A stretch of 64,000 nt of DNA from the NCBI RefSeq assembly GCF_037042905.1, contig NC_087245.1, positions 2,110,001-2,174,000 on the forward strand, in the 5' to 3' direction. The position numbers were made by a program, and so were the translations under genes. The stretch comes from Lytechinus pictus. Its lineage: Eukaryota. Below the pieces are notes generated by a model. That model searched no databases and was not told the DNA's origin. It saw only the letters and a list, made by a program, of their open reading frames with translations. Below, one piece after another: positions 1 to 12,925 of the stretch (position 1 is its first letter; the number at the start of each line of letters is the position of its first letter).

Positions 1-372
1 CCTTCCCCTTCTCTCTCTCTCTCCCTTTCTTCTCCCTTCACTTTTCTCCGTCTCTCCCGACCCGGCCCTTCATTTTCTCCCTCTCCTCCCTTTCCTTTTA
101 TCTCCCTCTCCTTTCTCTTTCACCCTCTTTCCTTCCTCTCTATTCCTTTTCTCTCCCTTTTCCCCTTGAATTATCTTCCTATCCCCTCTCTTTCCCTTCT
201 TCTTTTCACTCTTCCTCCTTCCTTTTCAATCCCCTATTACCTTACTTTCTTTTCCTTCTCTTTTTCTTTCCCCTTCCTTTTCCCCTCTTCTTTTATTTCC
301 CTTTTTTCTCTTTCCTTCCTTTTCTTCCCCTTTTCACTTCTTTTTTTAATTTTTTTATTACCATTTTTTTTT
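1..372. repeat. Pyrimidine-rich (CT/TTTC) low-complexity tract
   Basis: Almost pure C/T on + strand; explains the F/S/L-rich and K/R/E-rich ORFs at 166-587. Confidence 0.9.
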
Positions 373-419
373 TTGGGGGGGGGGGCAAGGCCCCTTCGGC
401 TCCCCTGAATCCGCGGCTG
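373..419 (-). repeat. End of poly-G-containing interspersed repeat
   Basis: Minus strand reads CAGCCGCGGATTCAGGGGAGCC...CCCCCCC; similar ends at 5194-5240 (-) and 14668-14710 (+, CAGGCACGGATCCAGGGGGG). Confidence 0.6.
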
Positions 420-589
420 GGTGGGCATGGCTTGTCGTTGTCGAATGATGACATAATTCTTTTCTTCGTTCCTTTCATAATTTTGGAAAAACTGTGCTCG
501 TAACTTTATGTAACATAGCGCCATCTCAATCTCAAGCGAACTAAATAGCATACTACTCCTGACAAATAACCATAGAGTTGAAATCACAA

Positions 590-998
590 TCCGACACCAC
601 CACGCTTTCTGGCCTCAATCTCTCGTAACGCAAAGCTCCGATAACGGAGCGGGCGACGTTACACTAGACTGCGAGCGAGGTGGCTTTGATAGACCTAATG
701 CAGTCACTTTGGGGGTAGTGTCTTGGGGTACTAGTTATAGGTACCGACCGGTACACGGCAGAAACCATACACCCGAAATGTAAAACGTATAAGGAAGTTT
801 CTTCGCAATGTGTTTATCGCTGGTAAGACACACGTCTAGTCTCGGGGAAACAAATTTCAGTCTGCATGGGACTTCAAAAACTTGACCGACTATTTTCAAT
901 AACTTTTCAGAAACTTTACAACTTACTAGTTACTGGATCACGTAACAGTTAGAGGAGCCTAAATCTTCGCATAAGTTTATAAACTTTGTCGTTTGAGT
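590..998 (+). promoter_or_regulatory. CpG-rich promoter / 5' UTR of the host gene
   Basis: Non-repetitive stretch with many CpGs directly upstream of the signal-peptide exon, contrasting with the CpG-poor downstream intron. TSS not determined. Confidence 0.6.
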
Positions 999-1134
999 AT
1001 GGGAGCTGAATCCAGCGATCGCAGTATGTCACGTAAAGTGGATGCGGTTAAGGTGATTGTGGCTTTCAGCCTAATGCTGGTCGCGTGGCCCGCCGTCGCA
1101 TCGGGGGAGGCGGTGGCTCTGAATGCTGATCGAG
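999..1134 (+). CDS. First coding exon (signal peptide) of an unidentified secreted or type-I membrane protein
   Basis: ATG 999 (alternative ATG 1026): MGAESSDRSMSRKVDAVKVIVAFSLMLVAWPAVASGEAVALNADR(G). Basic n-region, hydrophobic h-region, small-residue cleavage region; GC/CpG-rich; ends CGAG|GTAAAT (136 nt, phase 1), with abrupt switch to AT-rich sequence. Confidence 0.8.
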
Positions 1135-1252
1135 GTAAATGTTATGTACTTCTGTTATTTCCTCTCTTTTCACGGCAGAGCAAAACTTTTTTTTTTAGAT
1201 TTAAGGAAATTTCGATAATAACGTCATAAAACAGTAAAGAGTGACAAATATG

Positions 1253-1764
1253 TTAAAAGGGAAGTTCCCCGGGAAGTTCACCCGGCCCTGACAAAAAGTT
1301 AATATTTTTATAATTATAGTAAAATTATCTGATAATTTTGAGGGAAATCAATCTAATATAAAAAAAATATTAGTATTTTTTTTAATTATTATTTGCGACG
1401 TCATATGCGATTAGCTCCCCATATATCATGTAGTAAAAAGAACCAATTGAATGAATGAATGTTACTTTCTCCAAAAATTGAAAGTGTTTTTTTTTTGCAC
1501 CTTCAGTATGTTAATAGGTCATTTCACACCCGTTCCTGAAAGAAAAAAAAAGAATGATACATGCAGTCATCATGGACCATTAAAAATATTATATTACATA
1601 ACACATATATAGGGCATCTGCATGTATATGATGTCACAAATAAAAAAAAAAAAATTTCGAACAACTTTCTCAATCTTTATTGGGTTTTCATCAAACTTAC
1701 TTTCACCAATATATTTTTTTTACATTTTGGGGGTATTTTAAAAACAAACTTTTCTTGAACATTA
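1253..1764. mobile_element. Degenerate Kolobok-type (TTAA) MITE
   Basis: Starts TTAA-AAGGGAAGTTC; decayed inverted arms (AAATCAATCTAATAT / TTTATTGGGTTTT; GACGTCATATGC / ATATGATGTCAC); same architecture as the other TTAA MITEs. Confidence 0.55.
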
Positions 1765-2424
1765 AGCCTTATTTAGACTAGTCAGAGTGTGATGATGGTA
1801 ACTTATTAGGGCCTATTTCTTTGTGACCCATTCCCTTTAGATATCAGAACAAATTGATGAGGTTACCCAATGTTTGCCTCAGCAATTAATATGAAAAATG
1901 CTATCCAGAAGTTTAAAACCTTTTTAAAATTATGTCTCTAGAGGAAATTGGTTTGAAGGAAAATAAAATTTTGATTAGGCCTATTCAGTTCACTAAAATG
2001 TACCTCTAAAAGTTGATCATAATCTGTTGTCTAGTTGCTACATGTAGAACATGAAGTGTCTGTAGTGTCTGTAGTTCTTGTTTGGTCTTGATGTGGAGTA
2101 GGTGTATGTATTATTCCTGGTACATACTGTACAGTGCAATACCTCCTTGGTTTGAGCTAGCTTCAAAAGAGAAAAAGAAGTTACACTCTAAATTCTAATT
2201 CTAAATTTTATATTGTCTATGAATAGTGACCACTGGCTAGCTGTATATTTGATTTAGATTAGAACGTTGTGGATTTAAATATAAAGCTAAAGATTAAACT
2301 CCAAATCTGTTTATATTTAAAGGTTAGACCTTAGGATAAAAAAATAAATACAATGTTCTGCTGGTCACAATCCACCCCCAATGTGGATTTATTTTGAATC
2401 TTTGAAATTTAGAGTAGCCTATAT

Positions 2425-2555
2425 GAAAGGGAGGGAGATGTAAGGAGAGGAAGAGAGACAGGGAAGATGAGAAAGAAGATGAGAAAGAAGAGGAGGAAGG
2501 GAAGAAACAACAAATTAAGAGACAGAATACAAAACAAGATGGAGAGAAAAGAAGG
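2425..2555. repeat. GA-rich low-complexity tract
   Basis: GAGAAAGAAGAT-type purine repeats. Confidence 0.75.
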
Positions 2556-4147
2556 TTAAATATCACCATAACTTCCTTCTGTTGGCTGTCTGTTTCCTGG
2601 CTATATCATGTTTGAAAATATTGCCAAGGGAATCGCAACCATTTTCTGATAGCATCAACTTGATCTATGTCCCTGGGTTAACCCAAATTAATTCCAAGAA
2701 AATATAGTGTTTTCATCCAATTTTTACAGGAAGTTTGTGAAAGGCATACAGAGTGCATGTTGGCACAGATGCCACAGATCAAAGATCAAGTATCCATGTA
2801 AATATTCCGATCGTCTTCTTTTTCTAAGTTAAATTGAGGAAATACATTTTTTAGTTCAATAATACATACAGTAGTTAGTAATTAGCAAAAGTAAAAAAAA
2901 ATAGATTTGTGTACACACTTGCCTGGCATGTAACACAATGTGCTACCATTTTGAAAGTGGTAAATATCAAGATTATTATAAGATTAAGAGATGATAAAAA
3001 TAAAAATAGATTCTTATGGAAATCATTGAAGAGGGTAGAAAGAGAGACATTAGATGGGTGTTTCCCTGTGTCAGTGTTCTCCTACACACTTTATTGTCAT
3101 CTCTGTTTCATGAAGTTGATTCATTTTGGTTCAATGATGAACTAGTCTACATGTACATACACATAATCCACTTCATTCCGCCTCCATCCCCCCCCCCACA
3201 GACAGACGTCATATCTTCTAGTCTCTACCTGATGATGTATGGTGTTTAGATGCGTTCATATTGTATGTGAACCTGCCAACCCCGGAGGTCACATGACACA
3301 GGCTTTCAATATGGCTTTCATCCAATTAGAAAACTTTTTGATCTCTTTCCAAGATGTTGAGAAGATGTTGGATGTCTTGGAAAGCATGTACTGTGGCATG
3401 CGTGATTTAATTCAGTTGGTCGTTTGAACTTATACGTAATTTCCTTTCCCCGTTGAACGTGATGTACTCATACACCCATTCATCCTTTTATAATATTTGT
3501 GAATACTATCAAATAGAGAGATCTGGGTAATTTATATGATTACTCCTAATATTCAATTCAGAGGGAAATAATGGCATCAGCTTTATTTTATGTGGTATCG
3601 CCCCCCCCCCCCCCCATAAAAATATCCTGGCAAGACCCCTGTCTACACATTTTTATACAGGCCTGTTTGGTGTAAAAATAATAAACCCTGGAAAAGTGTC
3701 CTCAATCATCATTGTGTGTAAAAAAAAAAGAGAGTAAAAAAACATGTAGAAAGTGATTAGAATTTGGAAAGTGACAAAAGGTACAGACTATCATGTTTTG
3801 ATGAAGTTACCCAATATTTTCATAACTTTTAGTATTCTACTTGATAATTTACATTCCTGATTCATCACTCATATTTGAAGCATTGACATTTAACAATTCC
3901 AACAAATTACACAAAAATCTAAAGTTACTTTAAACCCTTTAAAGATCAGTGGAAGTGTTGAAAATACTTGAAGTTGAAGAAATTGATGCAGGAGGTCATT
4001 GACTTCTAGTGCTTAAAGTCAGTGAAGTAATGTTATGAATAGCAGCTTTGTACATGTTTGATGGAAAGGGTCAAAGTTGTTATTCCACTAATTGTCAAGC
4101 ATAGTAGCAGAGTGATGAATGATGGGATGGAGGTCTATAGCCACTTG

Positions 4148-4700
4148 TACCCTTTTTACACACGCTAAAATTTCCTTAACCCCGTACTATAGGTGGGGCT
4201 AAATTGCCATTTAGCCCCACCTATAGTACGGGGTTAAGCTTAGCCCACTTTCTTTTTACACAGCATTTTTGCAAAGTGGGCTAACCCCACCTATAGTACG
4301 GGATTATTTGGCCCTGCAAAAAAGCAGGGTTATCCCAGCAATTGCGGTGCTAAGAGCGATAGTACGGGGTTAAGATCGCTAGTGTAAAACGAAAGTGGGC
4401 TAAGCTTAACCCCGTACTATAGGTGGGGCTAAATGGCAATTTAGCCCCACCTATAGTACGGGGTTAAGGAAATTTTAGCGTGTGTAAAAAGGAATGAACC
4501 CTCAGTGCGCTCGTGAATATTCACGAGCTACCACTAGTCCGGGGTTAGCGAGTTTCGTGTGTGAAAAGCAAGCATTCCTTATCCGGGGATAGCAATAACG
4601 ATTTGGCATGTGTGAAAAGGAAAAAAAGATAGTACGGGGTTAAGGATAGTACGGGGTTAGCGATAGTCCGGGGTTAAGAAAATCCTGTGTAAAAAGGGTA
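4148..4700 (+). mobile_element. PIF/Harbinger-type MITE, hairpin family A, copy 1
   Basis: TIR TACCCTTTTTACAC...GTGTAAAAAGGGTA; two perfect 30-bp-stem hairpins; near-identical to 10595-11161 and 34047-34625; flanks TTG/TAA (imperfect). Confidence 0.9.
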
Positions 4701-5014
4701 TAAGTCTACTCTATAAATATAATTTGGACCAATTTCTTTATCATTGGCTAAAATAATTTGGTCTTGGTCTCCTTGGAATTTGGTCCAGTTATCACTTTCA
4801 TGCCCATGCCCTTCGGCTGAGTTTTGTCTCATGATGAAATGTTCTCCATCCCATGTACAATTTTGATCTAATTAGCTTTGTCCATTTTTCTAATTGCCAC
4901 TAGTTGTCTGCTGAAAAGGTCTAAATGGTGGCGGTGGTGATTTGTTTTAACCTCATTGCCCCCAAAACCCATGAATGCTTGTAAGTAAGAAATCAAACTT
5001 CCGAAAACTCAAAG

Positions 5015-5240
5015 TCCTCTAATTTGACAAGCCAAAAATTAAGGACATTTCGTCCACAAAAAAGTTTGACAAGCAAAACAAAAAAAATAAAGAAAATTTT
5101 AAAATATACAAAAAAGGTCTTCACTTTCAAAAGGGGGGTACACTACTATTGTAACTGCATTTTTACATTAAAAATTTTAATCGTGCCTCTCAAAGGGGGG
5201 GGGGGGCACGGGCCAGCTTCCCCCCTGGATCCGCCAGTGC
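5015..5240 (-). repeat. Poly-G-containing interspersed repeat fragment
   Basis: Ends GGGGGGGG...CCCCCTGGATCCGCCAGTG; TTTGACAAGC-AAAA internal repeats; resembles reverse complement of 14668-14920. Confidence 0.6.
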
Positions 5241-6552
5241 CTGAGGGAATACTCCAGTTGGCTAATATCACTCATAGCTCATGAGAAGTAATGTTCTTCA
5301 CCTAAATGATTGTCTGTTAGAAAAGATGCCATCATGTGATGAAAGACATGCTCATAAGTCATAAGACCTTCAATATTGTCTTTTCAATTTTCACACTTGA
5401 CTTGGCCAAGAGAGAACAACTGTTCTATTCCAAGATGGCATTTAATCTCTTTGCAAGTTAAAAAAATACATAGATCTGAAATAATATTCAGTTATTCTGA
5501 ATTTGTTTTATGAAATGATCCTTTTCTTATTTTGTGTGCTCATTGTGCTTTCTTGGCAGTAAAATTTATATCTTTGATTTGAACTCTTGACATTTCCTGT
5601 GGCTGTGGAAAAACTGATCCAAATTATACAATTTTATAGTTTGTAGTTTGGTGTAATTTCATTGAATTAATTCGACAAAGTTTGCTGTTATTGCTTCTAG
5701 CTTTTCTTGATGCTAAGAAATAATTTCTTTTACTGTTGACTGTACATGTACTATGCAGTAGGGATAAGAGTAAATGGTTTTCAGACTTTATGTGAGTCAT
5801 CATTATGAATCATAACAGGACAAAGTCTATAGAGTTTTAAAGTGTTTGAAATGTTTTGAGATACTTTGAAAGGTTGCCATGACAATGGATGACACTCCCA
5901 GAGAAGGGAAATTGTCAAGGGGGTATGGTTTTGTGGTTTTCCACAAAATCTAATAGATGGGCAATAGTAGATGTTATTTCATGAATTAATAGTACTAGCT
6001 ATCACTGCCTGTTTGACAGTTTTGACTAATGATTACATCAACACAGAAGTTTTTGCTCATGCAGGCCTCCATTTACATCTATATTGGCAGAATACAGATT
6101 GAACTGCAATAATCCTATAATATATTCACAAGCGATTTTGCTATATTATATACTTTAGATTCTATTAATGAAGCTTGTATAGTATACAGTCATGTTTATG
6201 TTATATAACTCATTTGTGAAACGTGGACTACTCAGCACTAGTCATAGTATTTGTATAGGTCATTTCTTTGGCAAGGTTGTTTAAGTGATTGTATAAAGGC
6301 AGGATTTGTAGTGGATAAGAGCTCTTTGTGTATAAATGCAATGGTCATTGATTTTTGTAACGATAGATTTAGTGAAGTACATTGTAAAGTTTGAATTGGG
6401 ACACATTATAGGTTAATCCTCCAGATTCCTCCTACATTATTACTCCTTCATTACAATCGCTCCTTGGCAATTTCCTGCTTGAATAAAATTTGTTACTTTT
6501 ATCTGAGACCTGTCTTTATTATTTTCCATATAAAGCCAAACTCGACATCTAT

Positions 6553-7021
6553 TATGCTTTTCACACTGCATTTCCTTAACCCCATACTATCTTTTTTTCG
6601 ATTCACACTGTCTTTCTTAACCCCATACTATTTGCTTAGCCAGGGTTAACGCCTTACCCACGGACTATCACACAGCTCAAGAATATTGATGATTATTACC
6701 ATACAGAGCGCGATTAATGTGCAATTTCGACTTCTGTTATTGGCTAATGCTTAGCCCCACTTTTCCTTAGCCCTGTTTCATTTCACACTGCATCTCTTAG
6801 CACTGCAATTGTGGTGCTAGCACCACAATAAGCCGGCCCACCCTGCTTTTTTGCAGGGCCATATAGTACTGTACTATTTACTGTGCTAGCCCACTTTGCT
6901 AAAACGTAGTGTGAAAACGAAGTGGGCTAAGCTTAACCTCGGGAAATTGGTGGGGCTAAGGTCCCCCTTAGCCCCATCAATTTCTTGGGGTTAAGGAAAA
7001 AAGTGCTGCGTGAAAAGCATA
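6553..7021 (-). mobile_element. PIF/Harbinger-type MITE, family B (relative of family A)
   Basis: TIR TATGCTTTTCAC...GTGAAAAGCATA; inverted copy of 22069-22533; shares AAGTGGGCTAAGCTTAACC and GGCCCTGCAAAAAAGCAGGG with family A; flanks TAT/TAA. Confidence 0.88.
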
Positions 7022-7237
7022 TAACTAAGGCATAGAGTAATTACTTATTAGTTTCTAGTAAACCAAGTTATAATGTACAGACATCATCATCCTATATAAA
7101 CTAAATCATTGAGCTAGATCCATTCCTAAACACCAGTCCAATATGAATACATTTTTTAGAAACTACATGTACTTGCAGTCATAAAGCTACATACTTAAGA
7201 AGTCACTGCATACCACCACGAGCTGGAGGACATAGAG

Positions 7238-7471
7238 TAGGGACAGTGATTTTCTGTTTTACCGGTAAATAAAACAGATATTCTGTTTGGTTCTTATACT
7301 TTTCATGTAAAAATTCATGGAATTCACCTTTGCAAAACAGAACTCAGGTTTTTGCCGAGTACATTTGCAGTGACAAAACAGAATTTCCATTTTTAGATCA
7401 AGCTGGAACGGAATTACAGATTTTCAGAAACGGAAAATACAATTTAAAAAAATGAAAAATCACTGTCTCTA
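7238..7471. mobile_element. hAT-like MITE with 6-bp TSD
   Basis: TIR TAGGGACAGTGATTTT / AAAATCACTGTCTCTA; direct repeat ATAGAG on both sides; internal AAACAGAA/AAACGGAA repeats. Confidence 0.75.
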
Positions 7472-8651
7472 ATAGAGGAACAGAAGATCCTGCATCCAGA
7501 ATTGAGTTTTATTATTCTAATTCAAACCTCTATTCAACTCACACCTCAGATTGGGTGTAAAATAAAGTTTATAATATTTCAAATTTTAACAAAACAGTTG
7601 AGGATAAATCTAGAAAATATATATATTTTGAGAATTCTTGATTTGTGTACAGTCTGGAAAAATATGTACAAATTAAATTTTTTCCGCTGTTTTGATTTAA
7701 AAAAAATCGAGGGGGGGGGGCAGGTGGTAAAATACCAGATTTTTTTTCCTTGTCTAAGAATATAGAATCTGGCATTGAAAATAACATAGTCACCATCATG
7801 TGACAACTTACGTTATGACCATGGATCTACTACATCTATATTCGTCTGTGAATCATTAATCTTTCATCAGTTTTTCCAGTTCTTGGAAAGGGTTTTCATA
7901 CAATGTGCATGTACTTGCACAATGCAAACATCCTACAAGCGTCCGCAAAAACCTAGTCATTAACCTACACAAATTGTTGCATGGAATATCTCACTTTATT
8001 TCATATGGGAGGTGCATTTGATGAGTAACAATTGAATTGAACAAAGATCGGCAGTGTTTTTTTTTAGTGTTATTTGCTCAGTGAGTACAATCAACAAGAT
8101 TCTAGTCTACATCCAGACAAGGAAGGCCATTTTATATTTTAGAAATGAAAAGGTTTTTATGTCAAAGCATTATAAAGACCTGTTCAAGTGTCCAGGGTGT
8201 GATGTTACTAAAGTTTTTTTTCTAAATTTATTTTTCAATCTCCCTAAAACATCACAATATTTGTTAACTAAGTTTCACTTGTCACATGATATTACAGATG
8301 TCATAATTTATTAATTCTACTAATGAAAATGACACAGATTATCTTAAAAAGTGTTCATGAGATTTTGAATTCAATCATGTAGGCCTACTTTACAGTCTTC
8401 TGAGAGAATCAGTAACATATTCTGGAATAAAAACTAAGCCCTGCAAATATGTTTTCATTACAAAATTTGTTGAGTGCATGATTCTTTTATAGGTTGTGTG
8501 GTTTGACAATATTCCATTCTATTGTAGATGTTGATTTGATAATTACTTAAGTTCTACCATACATGTACATACATGTATACCACAGCACTGTATAAGGATA
8601 GTGGTCTGTTGTCATTTATACAGTAGGGGACTATGCCCTACGTGTTGTTAA

Positions 8652-9229
8652 AGGACAAGTCCACCCCAACAAAAACTTGATTTGAATAAAAAGAGAAAAA
8701 TTCAACAAGCATAACACTGAAAATTTCATCAAAATCGGATGTAAAATAAGAAAGTTATGGCATTGTAAAGTTTCGCTTCATTTCACAAAACAGTTATATG
8801 AGGAACTGATGACATCACTCACTCACTATTTCTTTTGTATTTTATTATATGAAATATGAAATATTTTTATTTTCTCGTCATTGTCATGTGAAATGAAGTT
8901 TCATTCCTCCCTGAACACGTGGAATTCCATTATTTTAACATTTTGTGCTTCAGGTAAGGAGGTCCTAATCGTCAAATTCGTAAAAATTGAAATATTGTAT
9001 AATTCAAACAATAAAAAACAAAAGAAATAGTGAGTGAGTGACATCATCGACTCTCTCATTTGGATGTATCTGGCTCGTTCACATAAGTATTTTGTTAAAA
9101 ATAAGCGAAACTTTGAAATGTCATAACTTTCTTATTTTACATCCGATTTTGATGAAATTTTCAGCATTGTGCTTGTCTGATTTTTCTCTATTGATTCAAA
9201 TCAACATTTTTCTGAGGTGGACTTGACCT
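8652..9229. mobile_element. Kolobok-type MITE, family K1
   Basis: TTAA TSD (8648-8651, 9230-9233); ends AGGACAAGTCCACC / GGTGGACTTGACCT; long inverted arms; same family at 12432-12925 and 26540-27134. Confidence 0.92.
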
Positions 9230-10594
9230 TTAAATTAATTTGTGTAGAAGTAACCACTAACTCTATAATTTCTAAAAGTAAAACACATTGGTCATACCAA
9301 TTTAGACTTTCACTGAAGTTTATCAAATTGAATTATTAATATTACTACCATACTTATTCATAAATGTATCCCAAGAACTTGTTTCGAGGATAAATTTTCA
9401 ACAGCATTCCTTCATAGATCTGGTTGTAGCATCACAAGGATTTGTGATTCTTGTTAAAAAAAACCTACACCAACTGAATAATGGAATGGTAAATATATAG
9501 CTTCTGAGTAAGCCGAAGGACTATTGTCAATACCCCCTTTAGATCTGAAAGGAAGGATGTATGTAGGCTACACTTTCATTGTGTTCCATGGTCCTACCAA
9601 AGAATTCAGCATTCCATGTTGGCCCATGTTTGTACCACTTAGGCCGACTGTACATGGAGCACTTGTAGAGGTTATGGGGGCAGGCATTTCTTGTATGATA
9701 TTGGAGATTGCAAAGGCATGATACACGTACGCCTTCAGAAATGGACAAAAACATGTCAGATGTCAATGTTTTGCAATGCTTAGATTACTTTGAAGACATC
9801 ACTGCACAATAATGATCTTGCTGAATAGCGCATGAAATACTTTCAGATTACTTGACGTAATAATGCTGTTCTTGATCACTGTTTGTGTTCAGTAAAACCA
9901 TTTCTCTGTGTTCATGAATTCTCACTTCCAAGTAGATGAGTAATTCATCAAGAAATCAATTTGCATTAACTTTTTCATCTTTTGCTTTAGAAACTCGTGT
10001 TGAAAAATGTAATTAAAGTTAAAGTATTTTATTTAAATTTGTTTTGAATTTAAAGGTGACATATAAAGATATGTGACAATTTTATCACATGATATGCAAT
10101 GACAAACATAGGCTACAAGTTTGACTGTGTTTTGTTTTGTAAAACAGTGGTGGATTGTAATATATAAATTTGCTTTTTAACACAGATTTGTGAATGGTTA
10201 GGTTTCTGACAGACCTGCTTTTTTCTATGACTTTTAAAAAGTGTTCCGTGTAGGCGTATTCACCTATAGTCAATCTCACAAGTTTTGACAGAATATGAAG
10301 TTAACTTGGCCCTGGCATTGTCCATGATTTTTTTTTGGTATTCTGTCTATCAAAAGACTATTTTTCTACAATAATATAATTCACTGATGTGGGAGTATTA
10401 TGACTTTGAACTCTTCAAACACATTCCATTTACTGTTCTTACCCCCTGGTTGCTGTACTGTGACATGTGTTCTTTCAAAACTATTGCCTACAATTTTTTT
10501 TTTTTTTGGGGGGTGGATTTATAAACAGAATGCTTTGGTATCATGTTTTGCATCAGAACCAAGCTTGTTTTGGTTACGTATAAAGCATCTCTTA

Positions 10595-11161
10595 TACCCT
10601 TTTTACACACGCTAAAATTTCCTTAACCCCGTACTATAGGTGGGGCTAAATGGCAATTTAGCCCCACCTATAGTACGGGGTTAAGCTTAGCCCACTTTCT
10701 TTTTACACAGCATTTTCGCAAAGTGGGCTAACCCCACCTTTAGTACGGGATTATTCGGCCCTGCAAAAAAGCAGGGTTATCCCAGCAATTGCGGTGCTAA
10801 GAGCGATAGTACGGGGTTAAGATCGCTAGTGTAAAACGAAAGTGGGCTAGGCTTAACCCCGTACTATAGGTGGGGCTAAATTGGTGGGGCTAAATTGCCA
10901 TTTAGCCCCACCTATAGTACGGGGTTAAGGAAATTGTAGCGTGTGTAAAAAGGTACGAGTGAAGTACTTGTACTACGAATGATCGACAAAAACCACTAGT
11001 CCGGGGTTAGCGAGTTTCGTGTGTGAAAAGCAAGCATTCCTTATCCGGGGTTAGCAATAACAATTTGGCATGTGTAAAAAGGAAAAAAAATAGTACGGGG
11101 TTAAGGATAGTACGGGGTTAGCGATAGTCCGGGGCTAAGAAAATCCTGTGTAAAAAGGGTA
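10595..11161 (+). mobile_element. PIF/Harbinger-type MITE, hairpin family A, copy 2
   Basis: Same TIRs as copy 1; exact 3-bp TSD TTA/TTA. Confidence 0.93.
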
Positions 11162-12431
11162 TTATAGGACAGAGAAGACAGGGTTTTTCATAGTTCACTT
11201 TTGCAAGATTACATAGGCCTACAGATTTACTACCACCCCCACAAAACAACAACATACTGTTGTATATGTAGCTTATTTAATTTGCTTGCAAGCCTGATTA
11301 CAAACAATTTTAAAAAGTAAATATTTTATTATGGATTATTGAATCAATGATGTGTAAATGTAGGCCAATGTCTGTTCTCTACATGGGGATAGCATGAAGA
11401 AAATTCAAATTAAACATTCACCATTGCCAGATTGTACATCAATTTACGATTCACCAGGTGTGTAGTAAATAAAGGGGGGGGGGGAGGCATCACCAACCAC
11501 TTACTGGCCTGACAAAATGGGAGAAAAAGTCAATAATTTTCAGATTATGATTTGGTATTGGATGCATTTGCTGGTATGTGGATGTGATACTACTAGAGAA
11601 CCCTCGTATAAATTGGGTAGGGCCATGAAGTGCAAATACTTCTATTGCTTTAGAAGTGGACCAAACAAGTCAAGCTCAATACCATTCCAACTGTATTCAT
11701 GATGTATTTGTAGAATTCATTCTTATGTACAGTATGTACTTCACACATTTGTACAGTGGAATAGAGGCTTATTTGAAAAAAAAACAATTTGCCAGTGAAT
11801 GTTGAACTAGTGCCAAATCATGATTATGATCCAATTTAATTTGCAATTTTTGTATACACTTATTGAAACTGGTACATGTATGCATGTCAAGTAGCTTAGA
11901 AACATTCATTATCAAGTCAAAGTAAAATTATTTCTCAAACAGACAATCTCTTTCCTCTCATATTGATCAAGATATTTGGTATTTCGGACCTTTTAAGTTT
12001 AATTATGATTATTTAAATCAAAATCTTGTATTCCTTAAACCCTTCACAGATAATCTGATCAAGAAAGGGAGGGTTTTATGTAAGCAGTCAGAGAACCAAT
12101 TACTTCAAAGTCCTTGCCAAGGGATGTGGTATGAAGATATAGATGCCTTAAAACCAAATGGCAGTTTTTGCTCAGACTAGTTTTAAACTTTGGTCCCTAT
12201 TTTGTAAGATTTTACATCTTGCATCTTCAGTATACAGTACTAATGTATCCTAAATGTGTAGCATTTGTTGTATTAAAGGAGTTAAGTAAAATAGTGTGTG
12301 TTCAATGTTGAGTTTCAAATTTAAACAGCAACATGAATCATTGTTGAAAACTCAGTTACAAAATACAGGACACAAACACGATCAGCGGTGCACTGTTCAG
12401 TGTCAAAAAATATAAAGCTGTTTATATGTTG

Positions 12432-12925
12432 ACAAGCATAACACTGAAAATTTCATCAAAATCGGATGTAAAATAAGAAAGTTATGACATTTTAAAGTTT
12501 CACTAAATTTCACAAAACAGTTATATGCACATCCCGGTCGGTATGCAAATGAGGGAACTGATGACATCACTCACTCACTATTTCTTTTGTATTTCAATGA
12601 ATGAAATATTCTAATTTTCTCATTTTCCTGTGAAACAAAGTTTTATTTCTCCCTGAACATGTTGAATTACCACAGCTTAACATTTTGTGGTTCAGTCAAG
12701 TTGGTCCTCATTGTCAAATCTGCAAAAATTGGAATAATGTATAATTCGAACAATAAAAAACAAAAGAAATAGTGAGTGAGGGACAGCATCGATTCTCTCG
12801 TTTGCACGTGAGTAAAATTGTGCATATAACTATTTTGTGAAAAATAAGCGAAATTTTCAGCATAATGCTTGTCCAATTTTTCCCTATTGATTCAAATCAA
12901 CATTTTTCTGAGGTGGACTTGACCT
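12432..12925. mobile_element. Kolobok-type MITE family K1, left end truncated
   Basis: Matches 8652-9229 from ACAAGCATAACACTGAAAATTTC; intact right end GGACTTGACCT-TTAA; internal deletion in right arm. Confidence 0.88.

Noticed and set aside
166..587. ORFs rich in F/S/L or K/R/E
   Set aside because: Translations of the CT-rich tract and a poly-G repeat end.
4148..4700. Repeated ~25-30 bp motifs resembling a CRISPR array
   Set aside because: The repeats are inverted arms within TIR/TSD-bounded elements; no unique spacers or cas genes; eukaryotic context.
8648..9233. piggyBac assignment for the TTAA-flanked elements
   Set aside because: Termini begin AG(G), matching Kolobok; piggyBac ends typically begin CC(C/T).
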